A stretch of 63,496 nt of DNA, the filler included, from Choristocarpus tenellus KU-1152 (Eukaryota > Protista > Phaeophyceae): assembly GCA_964200185.2 (NCBI GenBank). It is 9 parts of 9 records of this genome, joined end to end, with 100 filler letters (N's around TTAATTAATTAA, not from the genome) between each part and the next. Parts side by side here need not be neighbours in the genome. Positions count along the whole stretch, not along the records: positions 1 to 6,314 come from CAXNAD020008407.1; positions 6,415 to 17,384 come from CAXNAD020002599.1; 7 more parts are not named here. One strand, written 5' to 3'. Under the pieces are notes generated by a model. It did no database searches. It was not told where the DNA came from and saw nothing but the letters and a program-made list of their open reading frames with translations. The position numbers and the translations under genes are program-made. Positions 1-12,400 of this stretch are shown in pieces (position 1 is the first letter of the stretch; the number at the start of each line of letters is the position of its first letter).

Positions 1-52
1 CCCTCCACTTCCACCTCCACCTCCACCTCCACCTCCCCCTCCCCCTCCCCAC
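1..52. repeat. (CCTCCA)n/(CCTCCC)n low-complexity tract
   Basis: Directly visible. Confidence 0.8.
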
Positions 53-145
53 ACCAGCTTTCGTCGCCACTCCTAAGATTTTGTGTATTGCAAGTGTCTT
101 CCATGTACTCCATGGTTGGAATGCCACCTAAAAAAAAACACAAAC

Positions 146-2522
146 CAAGTGGCTTTTCCCGGTGGCGGCAAAAACGTTTCCGTCCAGGCGATAATCCAGG
201 GCGTAGAACTGGTCATCCGCTTCAATGGTGTTCAGACATTTTCCTGGGGAGAGACAGGTGATCGATATAGTAATGATCAACTGATTGCATGGTCAAGGTG
301 GAGATCCAAAAAGGCGAGATGTGACATAAAAAGATTTGGACACCATTCCCGTCAGAAATATATTCTTTTTATGTGACATGCTGAAGGTGTAGGGGGGGTG
401 CTGCGAATCTCTATCAAGTGACCTGTCCTTGAGTGTTCCTCTGTTGAAAACCAACCTAATGCACTATAAATAAAAAATAATAATATATGCATCCCTTGGC
501 AAAGATATGTTTGAGGATGAACAATGAGGAGAACTTCTTTCCATAGTCAGTCCTGATGAACAGAGTGAAAGTATCTTAGAAGGGGGGTTTTTAATGACAT
601 TTTCCTACTCCAAAATGTTTCGGAGTAGGAAAATTGTATACGTTATGAAAAGGTGTGTCTGAAACATGAATATTGACACTTAACCCTAACCCTAACAAAC
701 ACGAGGGAAAAAATTACATCAAAATCACAACATTGGATTTTGACCCCCAAATGGACGCGGCTCTACCCTCTAAGATACTTTGGCTCAACAGTCTCACCAG
801 ATGTGATATGCCAGTGACGGATGTTGCCTTCGGCATCTGCTGAGACAAGGACATTTCTTGTCTTGGACTGCATCATTGATGGCCGAAAGCGCAGGGCTGT
901 GATGGGTAAGGACTACCAGAAACAGGCACCAACAAAAGACACGCAGGTGATCAAAAGGAGAGGGGGCATGCAGGGTGATTACTGTGAGGACTTCCTCAAC
1001 CAAGGAGGAACAGGATGTGGTGTCTAGTACATTGCAGCACACTTGTAGTGGTTCCGACACACCACCACAGAGGTCTTAGCTTGCCCAGTCTTAACCTGGC
1101 AGTCATATGACACCAAGTGACCTGTTTGTCTAGATATCACACCACTGCAGTCAATGCAGTGAAGCTAAATTTGACCAGTCTTGTCGCTTTGCATGCTGCA
1201 GACACAGGATAGAGGTCCATGGCATTGATAGCATTTTCGAGTTGGTCAAGTTTAGTGCTTTGTCCATTCCTATTTGAGAACTTCTATCTTTTGCACACTC
1301 CTACAAATTGCAATTTTTTTAGTCATGTGGATTTGGTAGTAACCACATATTACTCTCTAGGATTGTTCCCTACACCATGTGTACACAGAATGTGTGGCAT
1401 ATTCCTAATTCCTCATATTTCTTTGACATATTCTTGAAGACTTCCTACATACAATTTATTCCTGGATCCTGCTTACCTTCGAGGATCCAGTCTGAACATT
1501 GTATGCCAAGGCCCCCGTAGAGACATTGAAGATGCGGATGGCACCATCACCACACCCAGCAGCAAGGAACCTGTGTTTATGATCAGTATCAGCATTAGTT
1601 CCCAAAATCTTTAAAAATAGATCTAGGACCAAGGATAAGGACATCTGGAAACATCGTGCATGACATGCGAATATTGATCTTTATACAGTGTATCTCTACA
1701 TCTAGCTTTCCCCCCCACAGTGTCATAAGGGAGGTCGACAACCCAACTAATATAGGGAGTGTATGATTTGGAATGATGGGTACAGTGAGAGTATCCTCCA
1801 ATCAAATAAACCGTGCATGGTGTGGAAACATGTGGAAACATGTGGAAACATATTGTTGGTCAATCCTATTTCTCCAAAAGCCATGGAGCGTTGTCCAAAA
1901 GCAGTCAGTCGTGCCGAACATTCTACATACCAAATCCAGTCAAACGTCAAGCTCCATGGGTTTTTTAGACAGGAAAAATATACTGTAGTGCTCACTTTCC
2001 GTCCGGCGAAAATCTTGTGCAAAAGACCTCGGAGGAGTTCTCGCTAATGGTGAGACCAGGAACCAGCCTAGAGCCCAGGACTTTACTCTTAATGTTTTCA
2101 CCAGACTTCCTTTCAAAGGTGCTCTATAGTGAAGCAGCAGGGGTTCATCAAAATGCGTATCCACAGTTAGAGTACGGATTATCAAAAGGGGGGCTCAAGA
2201 CTATCGTTACAATGGGGAAGTGTGAGATACGTAGTCTCAATCGTTGGTATGCACTGTTGAGAACGAAATGTTGTCGCACTAGGCTAGAACAAGAACCACC
2301 CTTTCACTTGAGTAAGGTTCAAATTCGATGAAACGCCACTTCGCATGGGGCTTATGTCCGATACAGTACTATTCTTCTTTGCAATTGGGCACTTACCCTC
2401 TTCATCCCTGGACGTGGTGAATGCACTATGTCGTGCAGATCGTAGTCTCCCTTTAGTCGACTGTCAAACATCTTATGCTCCATGACTTCCATATCATCCG
2501 CATCGTATTTGGATTCTGACAT
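146..2522 (-). CDS. WD40-repeat protein, 5' part (exons 2522-2397, 2123-1996, 1570-1477, 912-798, 243-146; continues beyond window start)
   Basis: Five exons with GT/AG boundaries and matching phases splice to MSESKYDADD...ISENSSEVFCTRFSPDGKFLAAGCGDGAIRIFNVSTG...SLPITALRFRPS...NVLVSADAEGNIRHWHITSGKCLNTIEADDQFYALDYRLDGNVFAATGKSHL, i.e. consecutive WD40 repeats. Confidence 0.9.
563..786 (+). mobile_element. MITE family A copy 1 (Sola2-like, internally deleted), in WD40 intron
   Basis: TIRs GAGTGAAAGTATCTTAGA / CCCTCTAAGATACTTTGGCTC; 4-bp TSD AACA on both sides; homologous to four other copies in the window. Confidence 0.85.
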
Positions 2523-3644
2523 GCCTCGAAGGATTTACCTCAGTCCACAGGAGGATTAAGGTCTGGGGAGGTAGTACATTCAGGGACGAGGGAGTGAGGG
2601 CGATGCAAACCATAGAAGGCAGCTTGGCCACAATTACGACACTTATGATATTGGTGGCACACGTGGGGGGAATGTAGCTAGCAACCTCACTAAACACACG
2701 GCAGCCCGCAGACCTTGACTCTCCGTCTTGAAGTCGATCGGCCAGGGTAAGTAGTCGCTGGTATACCCTCGGTTTGATTTATTGACGAAAGTCTTGGGAT
2801 ATTCAGATGAGGGAGCGAGAGAGTGAAACCGCATTTTTTTTTTTTTTAAAGGGATACGAGAAAATAGATACCCTAAATGCTATTAATAGTATAGAGATGT
2901 AATAATACATCGTATATGTGCGTATAAGAAAGAATAAGACCGTTCATTTTGGTCCTTCTTGACCCAAAACAAACTGAAACTGTATGTCAGGATTTATACC
3001 ATAGGCAAACCTAGAAATACGTACCCCACAATAGATGGTTCTTCAAGTTGTTCGGATCATAAAATCATATATTTTGACCACGCGTGTTTCCCACACTACA
3101 TGTAGATAAAATTGTCTCCCATGTTAAATACATATTCGTTTATAATTCTACACTATTTATATTATTATGCCCACACACTGACATTTTAAAGAAAATGTGG
3201 TCGTGTAGGGCAACGGAGAAAGTAACAAGAAAAACAGGAGAAACATAGAGAGAAGTGAGTGTAATAGTATAATATTCAATAAACGAAGAAACTCCATGAA
3301 AAGAATAATTCCCGCGTCCTCTTCAACATTTTCTTCGATGTACAGCACTACGCCTGGTAGTGAGGGAATTCACCTCTGACCCAATCTTTCAAGGGAAATT
3401 AGAAGAAACTCTGAGTCAGAGGAGGAGGGACGGGAAAAAATGGACCAATACTTGAGAACGTCTATGAATTATACTTTATGCAGATGATGCAGACATTGCC
3501 TCAAAGACCCAAGTGGACCTGGCCTGGATAATGTCTGCGATTTTGACGGTAGGATAATGAGTGATTCCACTGTTGAGAAGCTTGGCACATGTAACGTTCG
3601 TCACCCAAAGCTAGTAGTGGAGCTACACGGAAAAACATACACCG

Positions 3645-3700
3645 GGCTCAAATTATCTGGGGGGGTGGCGGCTGTCCATTTGGGGTCAAAGGCTTATATT
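3645..3700 (+). mobile_element. MITE family B terminal fragment
   Basis: GGCTCAAATTATCTGGGGGGGTGGCGGCTGTCCATTTGGG is nearly identical to 40885-40926. Confidence 0.7.
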
Positions 3701-4339
3701 TCTAACCTTCTGATCCGGAAGGTGGCGGTGTTATTGACATACTGAAACTGTGGTCTTGGGTGGTCTGGCATTGGTTGGTTGGACTTTGCGTCATTTACCT
3801 GGTGTGGTAAGACGTGTGGTGGCGATAGCAGAACATGACCAAATGTAACGATATATATATACGCATATGAATCCTACATATCTTAGATATGCATATTTTC
3901 CCTAAAGTTGTATGATTGTGGATTTTACGTTTCAAGTGATGGATCTTCAACAAGGTCAAGGACGTCAGGTGTCGGTTTGACGGGCAAGATGCATGAGGTT
4001 GACGGGCAGGCAAAGGTAGATTTTTAGAGGCCTTCTCTGGTATTCGTACTCTTCAATGTATGTGAAACCCTTGTGGTTGAGCATTTCTTCCGTTAATATG
4101 GTGTGCAGGCAATATACTACTACTTCCTCCGTTCAGAATTAAACGTAACAAAAGGTTTGCAACACCAATGAGGAAGCAAGACTTGTTTCACATGTTGGTA
4201 TTGTATGGGTGTATTGTGCACACAAAAAGGTTGCACACCAAAATCTGACGCAAGATTCGGCAGCCTACACTTATGATTCCGTCCCTGAAGCCCTCCAAAA
4301 CTCCACTCCAGCGCGGTATTTCGCCGTATACAGAGGGGT

Positions 4340-4860
4340 ATTCGGGGGGGGCTTGCATTCTTTGTTAGCCTTGTCCTTGCTAAGATGGGAAATTTTGAAG
4401 ACGTTGTCAACCTTGGACCCAAGCACTTCACTGTAGACTGCGAAGAGGCTTTGCCAGATGAGCTCTAGTTTGTCTCGGGATACACATCAAATGCCTCCAC
4501 TTGGCCTCCACCAGCTCCTCTATATCGGTCACCCCCACGTCTTCCTTCAGTTGCTGGATAGAACGAAAGAATCTTAGGAAGTTGACGTTGTGGTCAGGTG
4601 GACTGGCTGACTGAGTCTTTAGTACAATGTCGTCCCCTACCTCCTCCTTGATTGCTTCCATCATCCCCCCCTGCTGTGTGGCTATGTGCCATCCTGCTGC
4701 ACCAAGATGGTGTGTCCATCCGACCTAGGCATGTGGGCCTTGATTGCCAGGATGGTATTCTCGATCACGAGCTTCTTCAAACTCTTCTTGTCCACCCTGG
4801 CTCGCATTCAGCTGAAAGTGCCCTCCATGAGAAAGTGGTCAAAACACGTACGTATACCAC
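4340..4860 (-). pseudogene. Degenerate mariner (DD39D-type) transposase, C-terminal catalytic region
   Basis: Translation across a stop and frameshifts: ILAIKAHMPRSDGHTILVQQDGT*PH...EAIKEEVGDDIVLKTQSASPPDHNVNFLRFFRSIQQLKEDVGV...IWQSLFAVYSEVLGSKVDNVFKISH; matches the QQDxAxPH and QPxNSPDLNxxDLGFF motifs of plant/stramenopile mariners. Confidence 0.85.
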
Positions 4861-4923
4861 AAGAGGATACAATAGGTGAGGTTTGAAGATACCTCAACAC
4901 CACCACCCTCCTCCTCTATTGTA

Positions 4924-5611
4924 TTATATTATTATGCCTCGGACAGTTTGCATGTGTCAGGGGGAAAACTAGTGAAAAGCCAGTTGAATATGAGAATAAC
5001 CTATGAAAAAGTAACAGTTGTAGATGTGAAAGACATTTTTCTATTTTCTATATTTACTATTTTACTACCAGCTATGCTACACCACTCCCCACCTATGCCT
5101 TCAGCCTAGCTTAGCCCAACACCGCTGGGGATGAGCTAGGGAAGCACCCCAAGAATCTGACAGGACCCTCCTTGTCCATGCCCCTGGTGTATCCAGCTTA
5201 AAATGCGTGACACGTCTCGATAGAGCCACTCGTGTTGTGATGGACACTATCTATCGTAAACGAAATTTGATAGCTTTTGTTGTCATTGACGATAACAAAA
5301 GCCGATTACGGCATGAAACATCGGAATTATGATGCCATTTAGCGGTATATCTGATATTGGTGGCATATTTCATAACGCAATACAAACCCGTGAACATCTG
5401 TATCCTGTGGTGTAGGGCTAAGCTAGGTTGGAGCATAGGAGGGGAGTGGTGTAGCATAGCTGGTAGTCAAATAGGAAGTAGATGATAGAAAAGTATATTT
5501 CACATCTATGACAACTGTTACTTTTACAGGGGTTCTTATGATATTGAATTGTCTTTTCATTGGTTTTTCCCCTGACACACTTGCAAAATGTCACAGCGTA
5601 TAATAATATAA
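4924..5611. mobile_element. Foldback/long-TIR non-autonomous element (~200-bp arms)
   Basis: 4924-5125 is an imperfect inverted repeat of 5405-5611 (e.g. CCAGCTATGCTACACCACTCCC / GGGAGTGGTGTAGCATAGCTGG); both ends read TTATATTATTAT. Confidence 0.75.
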
Positions 5612-6314
5612 CATGTAAATTCTTTGTCATGCCCACTGACATTTTACACACGCGTCAAGGGAAGGAAAGATCAAATTTCAAGACTACAAAAAAATTAAAC
5701 GAGCAAGTGTGTGGTTACTTTCAAAAGACTTCTTTCTACAAAAGAAAACGGAATAGTTGAAGTATACAACAAGGTCATCAGAGATATTGTCCCCCCTACA
5801 AACCAATGTTCACACTACTACTACTACTATGCCTCCAGCTTAGTTAGCCCTACGAAGAAGGTACTCGAGGAGAGAGGCTAGAATCCCAAAGGTCTGTAGG
5901 TCCTCTTCGTACCTGCCAACCAGGTGCATCCAACTTGAACTCATTGCCCTTCTCGAAATAGCAACATGTTAAATTCAATAAACCATTAACTCGACAGATA
6001 GGTCAAAAGAGTTCCTTTCCTGGTATATCCTTCACACTCTCTCGATGGTATTATGCTTTGAAACGAAAAACGAGACTACTAGGAGTGATTGTTGGTGTGT
6101 GATGTTGAGTTGTTGGTGAGGGAAATCTCCGATTATTATGTTGGACCGATCTATCGATTTTTTGACCATATTATCGCATTTACTTTCCTAGTTCAAATTC
6201 CACTACTATTCAAATTCCTCAACATGCGAGAACCGCATTCCACAGAAGGTATACCCTGAAGGTTACCTATCTTGAATATCATGTAGAAGGTATACCCTGA
6301 AGGTGACCTATCTT

Positions 6315-6414
6315 NNNNNNNNNNNNNNNNNNNNNNNNNNNNNNNNNNNNNNNNNNNNTTAATTAATTAANNNNNNNNNNNNNNNNNNNNNNNNNNNNNN
6401 NNNNNNNNNNNNNN
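6315..6414. other. Artificial contig-join spacer (also 17385-17484, 20629-20728, 28820-28919, 40927-41026, 53910-54009, 56972-57071, 60868-60967)
   Basis: Identical 44N-TTAATTAATTAA-44N blocks; the 12-mer places stop codons in all six frames. Confidence 0.97.
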
Positions 6415-9400
6415 CAAGCAATCTCGCCAGGTTTATCACCTTTATGTTCTTTGATGATTTTGGGGATACTTTAACACTCTCCACCTGTTGATACGCTTTC
6501 TACTTTTCTCAGTCACTTTGTGTACGATTGATGTGACGTGTTTTGGCAAGTACGCGTTTAGTCATTATCATAAGAGCAGGAAAGGCAGCCTTCAACAGAA
6601 TGAGGCATGGGATTTGGGGAAACCGCTGCGGTGACTTTTTAACTGCACGATCCAAGAAGATGGTGGGACCAAGATCTAATTTTTCGGGGATGAGCTCAAT
6701 TTGGACATATACTTCTAGTTTGTGTTAGAGAGTTTATCGAATTGGTGCTCGTCACGCATTCCAGCATATTTTAGAAAACCTGTCGTGACCCACCATATCC
6801 CACAGTTATGTGATACATCAGTTGAAGTGGTCATGATTTGTTTTTCTATGTGGTGCCTGCCCATATTCCATGCCGCTGCTGTAGGTTGCAGCACTTCGTG
6901 ATATCTATTGTGATGACGATACTGTTTGTTGGCCTCATGTTCGGGTCTTGATGATGTACCGGTCAACATGAGAGGATTAATTTCCCTAGCCATGAGTGGT
7001 AGGAGTTGAACGGTGACCATCGTCTGGGGCAGGTGGTTTGTATCAACTGGGGGAATGAAGTTGATTTCCTCAATAGGTATAGATATTGATACATGGCAGA
7101 ATGCACCGGGGAGTGGATGGGTTTACGGGTAGATAGGCAAGGTGCTGGGTAGATGGGATGATGAAGTTGCACAACGGCGACACAGCTGTGGAGTAGGAAC
7201 CACAAACATCATAACGTGGTGACAGGGTTCTATTGGTCATTGAGGCGACTGGGGTATCGAGAGGACATAAACATCCTTGGGTAAGAAATGCCCACTGTCT
7301 CTGTGATGGAGAACTGCCAGGTATACAGTCCAAGTACAGCCTGTGAAATTGGTCGACTCTTCTGACAAGGTGAGACTGTGCAACTCTCAGAGTTACTGTC
7401 AACAAATACACTAGCAAATGGAGTATAGGCCCACATTTGGCTCCTGTATCATGACTGCTAGCCCAAAGCAATATATCTCCCTTCCTCTCTTCCCTAGCCA
7501 ATTCCCAGAACTTCCAACCCAACAGAACCTCATTTACTGAGGTGCACATCGCATTGTCTTTATCGTCCCCTGAGTGCAGACCGATTGGAGGTTTGCAGAG
7601 GTCTTCAAATATGTTTTCTCATTTTTCAGGCAAAGAAAAGGGATCCGTCTGTCATCTGACTATTTTAGGTATGTGATAGCTCAACTTGTTGTCTCCGATT
7701 CCTTGTATCACCTTGAATTCATACCAGTTACACGGCAGTGCCAAGAAAAACGTACGTGTGCAACAGGGTGTTCAAATGGACCCCGTCCATTAGCCAATCC
7801 TCAAAACTCACCATATAGTATTGCGGTTGCAAAAGCACAGACACTACTGTTGCATTCGAATCACACTGAACATGTTGTCAAGTGTCCACGAAATCCTCAA
7901 ACTAGTCACTCAATTTGCTTACGATATTTTCGTTAAAGCCTGGCTATATTCCACTTGTCTTCGTTTTACTCCGAACGCTTGTATCCACCAAGTAGAGCGG
8001 GAATTTCAATAACTTCAACCCTCGTCACTCCCCCACAAGTCATCCAGTTGTTCCCACTGCCCTCACACTCCTCTACACCACATGTACTGTGCTCTACACC
8101 CACAATTCTGCTAACGCGAATGAGACCATACTAAGGGCCCTTCATTAGTCTTTTCCTCTACACTCAGGCGCTAAATGCACGCTCAGCTATTCCGTTCAGT
8201 CCTTGCCCTCTTCTTGCGCTGAACTGTGAGGTCCATTCAGTGGTGCGTGGAGTCCTATGTTGTTTGGATGTGTTTAATGCTCTCCTCTAGCCGGCCTTTC
8301 TACTCACAGAACTCTGCATCTGGACGTCTGCATGGTGCCTGCAGTATGGCTAATACATGAAGACTGGGAGGGGACATTGGTGCGCATTTATGAGAGTGAC
8401 AGGCTTTCTTCCCTTAAAGGTAACCCCCATCTTGGGCACGCCTCTCATATACTCTAGTGATATCCTACATGAACTTTCCAAATGGGCTGAACTTTCTCTT
8501 TGAGGCATGCAAAAGTAGACTTTTCCTGGGATGTATCAAATGATTGAATGCTTACATGCCGATAATATTTCCTATTTAGTAACCCATTGTACCAAATTGA
8601 CTCATGTACGGTGATGTTTGTGTGGGGTGATTGATGTATCAGTTACCAATTGTATCACTCATTCTTTCTTCTACGAGTTCACAAACCCCAACCTGTTCAT
8701 CTTGACCAATTACTACACTCCTGCTTAGCTTGGTCAGATATGTGAAGGCGAGGTGGTTGTATCACTGTTAGTGCTGATTCTTCCAGCTGCTCCCGGCAGC
8801 GCGCTTCTTGCACTTGACACGATGCTAGGTAATCTGGGGTATGGAATCATGAGATGGACCTCAAAAAAGCACAAAATGGGCAGATTTGTTATCTCGAGGA
8901 CACCAAGGCGAGTCTACTTCAGATGTAGGGCTTACGTTACAGTAATCAATGAGGAAAGTGGCATTCGTATTCGTAGTTAATAATTCAGAGTAGTTGTCAT
9001 TTGCAACATTGTCTCTCTGTACACAGCATCGTGTTGAGGTCTGCTGCTCCAATGAGGAGTCCTCGAACACTGATTTGTACATTGACAAAAAAGCAAACAC
9101 TTCACAGAAACAGCAGATCATAGCTTGAGTGAACAAAGGTGGGCAAATGCCTTCTTCTGATGTCCCACTGGTTTCCCGCATCCTTGCTACACATGATGTG
9201 CTCACTGGCCTATATTTCCTGAGGGTGCACTAACAGAAGAAAGATAGTGTAGAGTCATCCAGTTCAAAACAATCATCAGTGCAACCACAAGCTCCTGCCC
9301 ATAAGCATTGATACACATAGAAACCTGCTTTGAAGTGTGCCCTTTATGAGGGTCTAGTCCAGATCCAAGAGTCAGTGCTGCCGAGGGGTCGATGAATATG

Positions 9401-12400
9401 AATGCTGATATTGGATCACCGATATAGCTGCCATGTTGCCTGTCCACAAGGGTAAGTTTAATCTATTCTTGTACGTGGGACCCATCCCTGGATACACACC
9501 TGTTCAACAGTCTCCCACATATTCTCGAAGGTGGTCTAGTTGGGATGGTTGCCCATTGATCTTGCGTTATTCAACTTTCATTCATCACGTAGACACCATC
9601 CTTCTTCTAGTTGGCATGCATTTGTCCCCAAAAATGAGACAATCTTCATAACGTGTGCACCTATTCGTGATGATGAGACATCCGTATATTTCTATATATA
9701 AGACCTCTTCAAGAACTGAATGATTCAACATAAGAGAAGCTGCTGGCTGAGGGGTACCCATGATATCAGAGCCAGGTGTGAGAACATCCCACCCAGTCAG
9801 GTGTGTTTGCAGTTAGCATATACCTTGGAAATTATATTCTATTGGTGCGGGCATTATGCAATGAACATTTGAAAATACTCAAAAAGAATTAGACGCTCAT
9901 GTAGGCCAGACTGAAAACTACAACTTGCGACTAATGGCACTGGTCTTGATAATCCAGAAACAGTTGAATGTAAAGTGAAGGGCAGGGCCATACTATTACT
10001 TTTCGTATTTATTGAGAAGAGTGAGTGGGATGTGTGAGGGTTTCAAATTGAGACCATGGGAGCATAGGATCAAGATATGATGACCAACTATAGCTAAACA
10101 CTAGGAACAAAATACGTTAGGTATAACAAAATCATTATATGCACCGATGAATGCCCGATTAGTTTGCATAGTAACCCATCGAAGGAAAAGGAGTAGAGAT
10201 TCTTGAACTCATCCGCCAGTTATTTTGTTCGAGAAGAAGCAAAATTCCCATCATTTGTTCCTTGTGGGACTTCTACAGTTTGTTCAGGCGGTAAGTGTGT
10301 ACAATGACTTCCGGATGTAGGCTGGCTATGAGCATATGAAAATGGGAGTTTGTCTACGCTGCTTGAAAGGTGAGCACCTACCACAAAAATTGATAATCTG
10401 AAATATTCTCTTGAGTAAAGCAGATGTTGTCCCTCTCATAGTTTCGTTCCGGTATGGAGAGTTACTACAAGAGTGGATAGGCATGCTAGGTCGCGTTAGA
10501 GCTCTGCATACAAATGATAGGACTTTACTCGCAGAATATAGGAAAAAGGCCTAGAAGAGCAACCCAAAACATCTGCAACTGACTCACAGGAAAGGCAGTT
10601 TGACTATAAGTAACAAATATTGCCGAATGGAATGTGGCATCACTACACCTACGTGGAGATACGTCGAAACCAAGATCTATCTACACTAGATCTCATAGCT
10701 CTGCGAATGCAGTTGTGAAGATACACCAGCAAAGATATATCAAAAGGTATATACCGAGTACTGGAGATATGCCGAGGTTATTCAGCCTCCATGGTAGACT
10801 TACGTAACACGCTGGGAAATGTGATGCTCTGAGGCCGTGAGTGAGAGGGTTTTGCTTGCGTCCGATGGCGACCATCCTCTCTCCCCACCCCACCTAAGTC
10901 CCCATGTGGGATCAACAACATAGTCTGTTCTCAGGGGTAAAAATTTATCGGTTCAACATATGTTTGACAGGTTGACAGGGGTGCCTTAACTTGTTTTTGG
11001 TGTTTGGTGGGAGAAGGAGAGTTCAGGCTCAGGAGTGACAGGGGCATATTTCTTTTGCTCAATTGCTAGTGGGGGTTGGAGCCGTGTCCGAATTTGTCTA
11101 AACAACATGTTTGGGATGGCAAGCAATGCTAGGGATAATTCAATAATCACCCCACCTAGATTGAGTCAACAGAACTTGGAAATGATTTACACTCCAAGGT
11201 CCCTTTCACTCATATTGTTCCCTTCGGTGACTTTCAATTTTCACATTATTTCAAGATCTTGTAGATGGTCAGAGCAGCATATCAGGTATTCCAGAGGTCA
11301 GAATACATCAAAGTTATGCTCCCTGTAGATGACATGATATATTATATATTCCTGGTTGTAGTGCCTGATGGTCATTTCATAGCGATGTCAAACCCGTATC
11401 ATGTGCTCAAGGGGCTATTAAAGACACTCACCAGTGTTGATTGGCGTGCAACTTCGGGCCTTGTGGTTCAAACTGTTTTCCACGCCCGCTGCAAGTGAGC
11501 AAAGTATTGTGTTCATTGTTTGAATCAGATTGCTCTTTGTTCAAGATAGGCCCATACTCAACCCACAAAGGGAGCTCTTGTTTATTGTAACTCTAGTTGT
11601 TCAAATCAAAGAGATGACTATGGTCAATCGATAAGTTAGGAAATGTGCAGTTGCTTGACATAGTCCTTGAAGAAATGGCAGTGCAAAGTGTACAGCACTA
11701 CAGCTTATACGGTGCACCAAATGCACCCTTCGAAGTGGCAATGGTGCCAACATTGCCAATATTCTTACACTGGAAACGCAGGTGGATAGAAGACCTTGAC
11801 CAAGACAGCGAGCGGACAGTAATTATTGCTACATTTGAACAGTTGAGTAACCAAGAACACCATGCACTTCAGAAGGGATGTCAGAAGGGATGTCAGAAGG
11901 GATGCTCTTCGAATGTACAAATAAAATACGAGTTTAATAATCTCTGACACATTTGCTAGATATCGCCTCAGCCGAACAAACGATGCTTGAGCCGTAGTTG
12001 AGAAGTTAAGTGATTTTTTCTAGTTCTCGCCCTTCTCCATTAGATCGAGTGCAAAAGGCAGCTATTATGACCTTCTCTGACTGTAATACTATTGGCTTTG
12101 GTCAGGTTCCTCTTTAGAGTATGTGCATAAAACAGTGGGTTGGTTGGGCTTTATGATAAGGTAACATGGCAGCAGGACTGGGTTTTATCGGTGATGGTAT
12201 TTGCCCAGCCATAGAAGGGCCATGGGATGTTCAATATGTCTCCTATGCAAGTAACTGATGTAGAAATGCCTCATGTCAACGTGAGAAACAACGAATGTAG
12301 ACACCGATCCGCGTCCTGTATGCTTGACAACGGTCGTGCACTTCAACTCAAGTAGGGATTTCGGAGATCGCTTCATGACGTGCAAGTGCACTTCACTGCT

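Noticed and set aside
6315-6414. Recurrent TTAATTAATTAA motif flanked by Ns
   Set aside because: Synthetic six-frame-stop linker used to concatenate contigs; not biological
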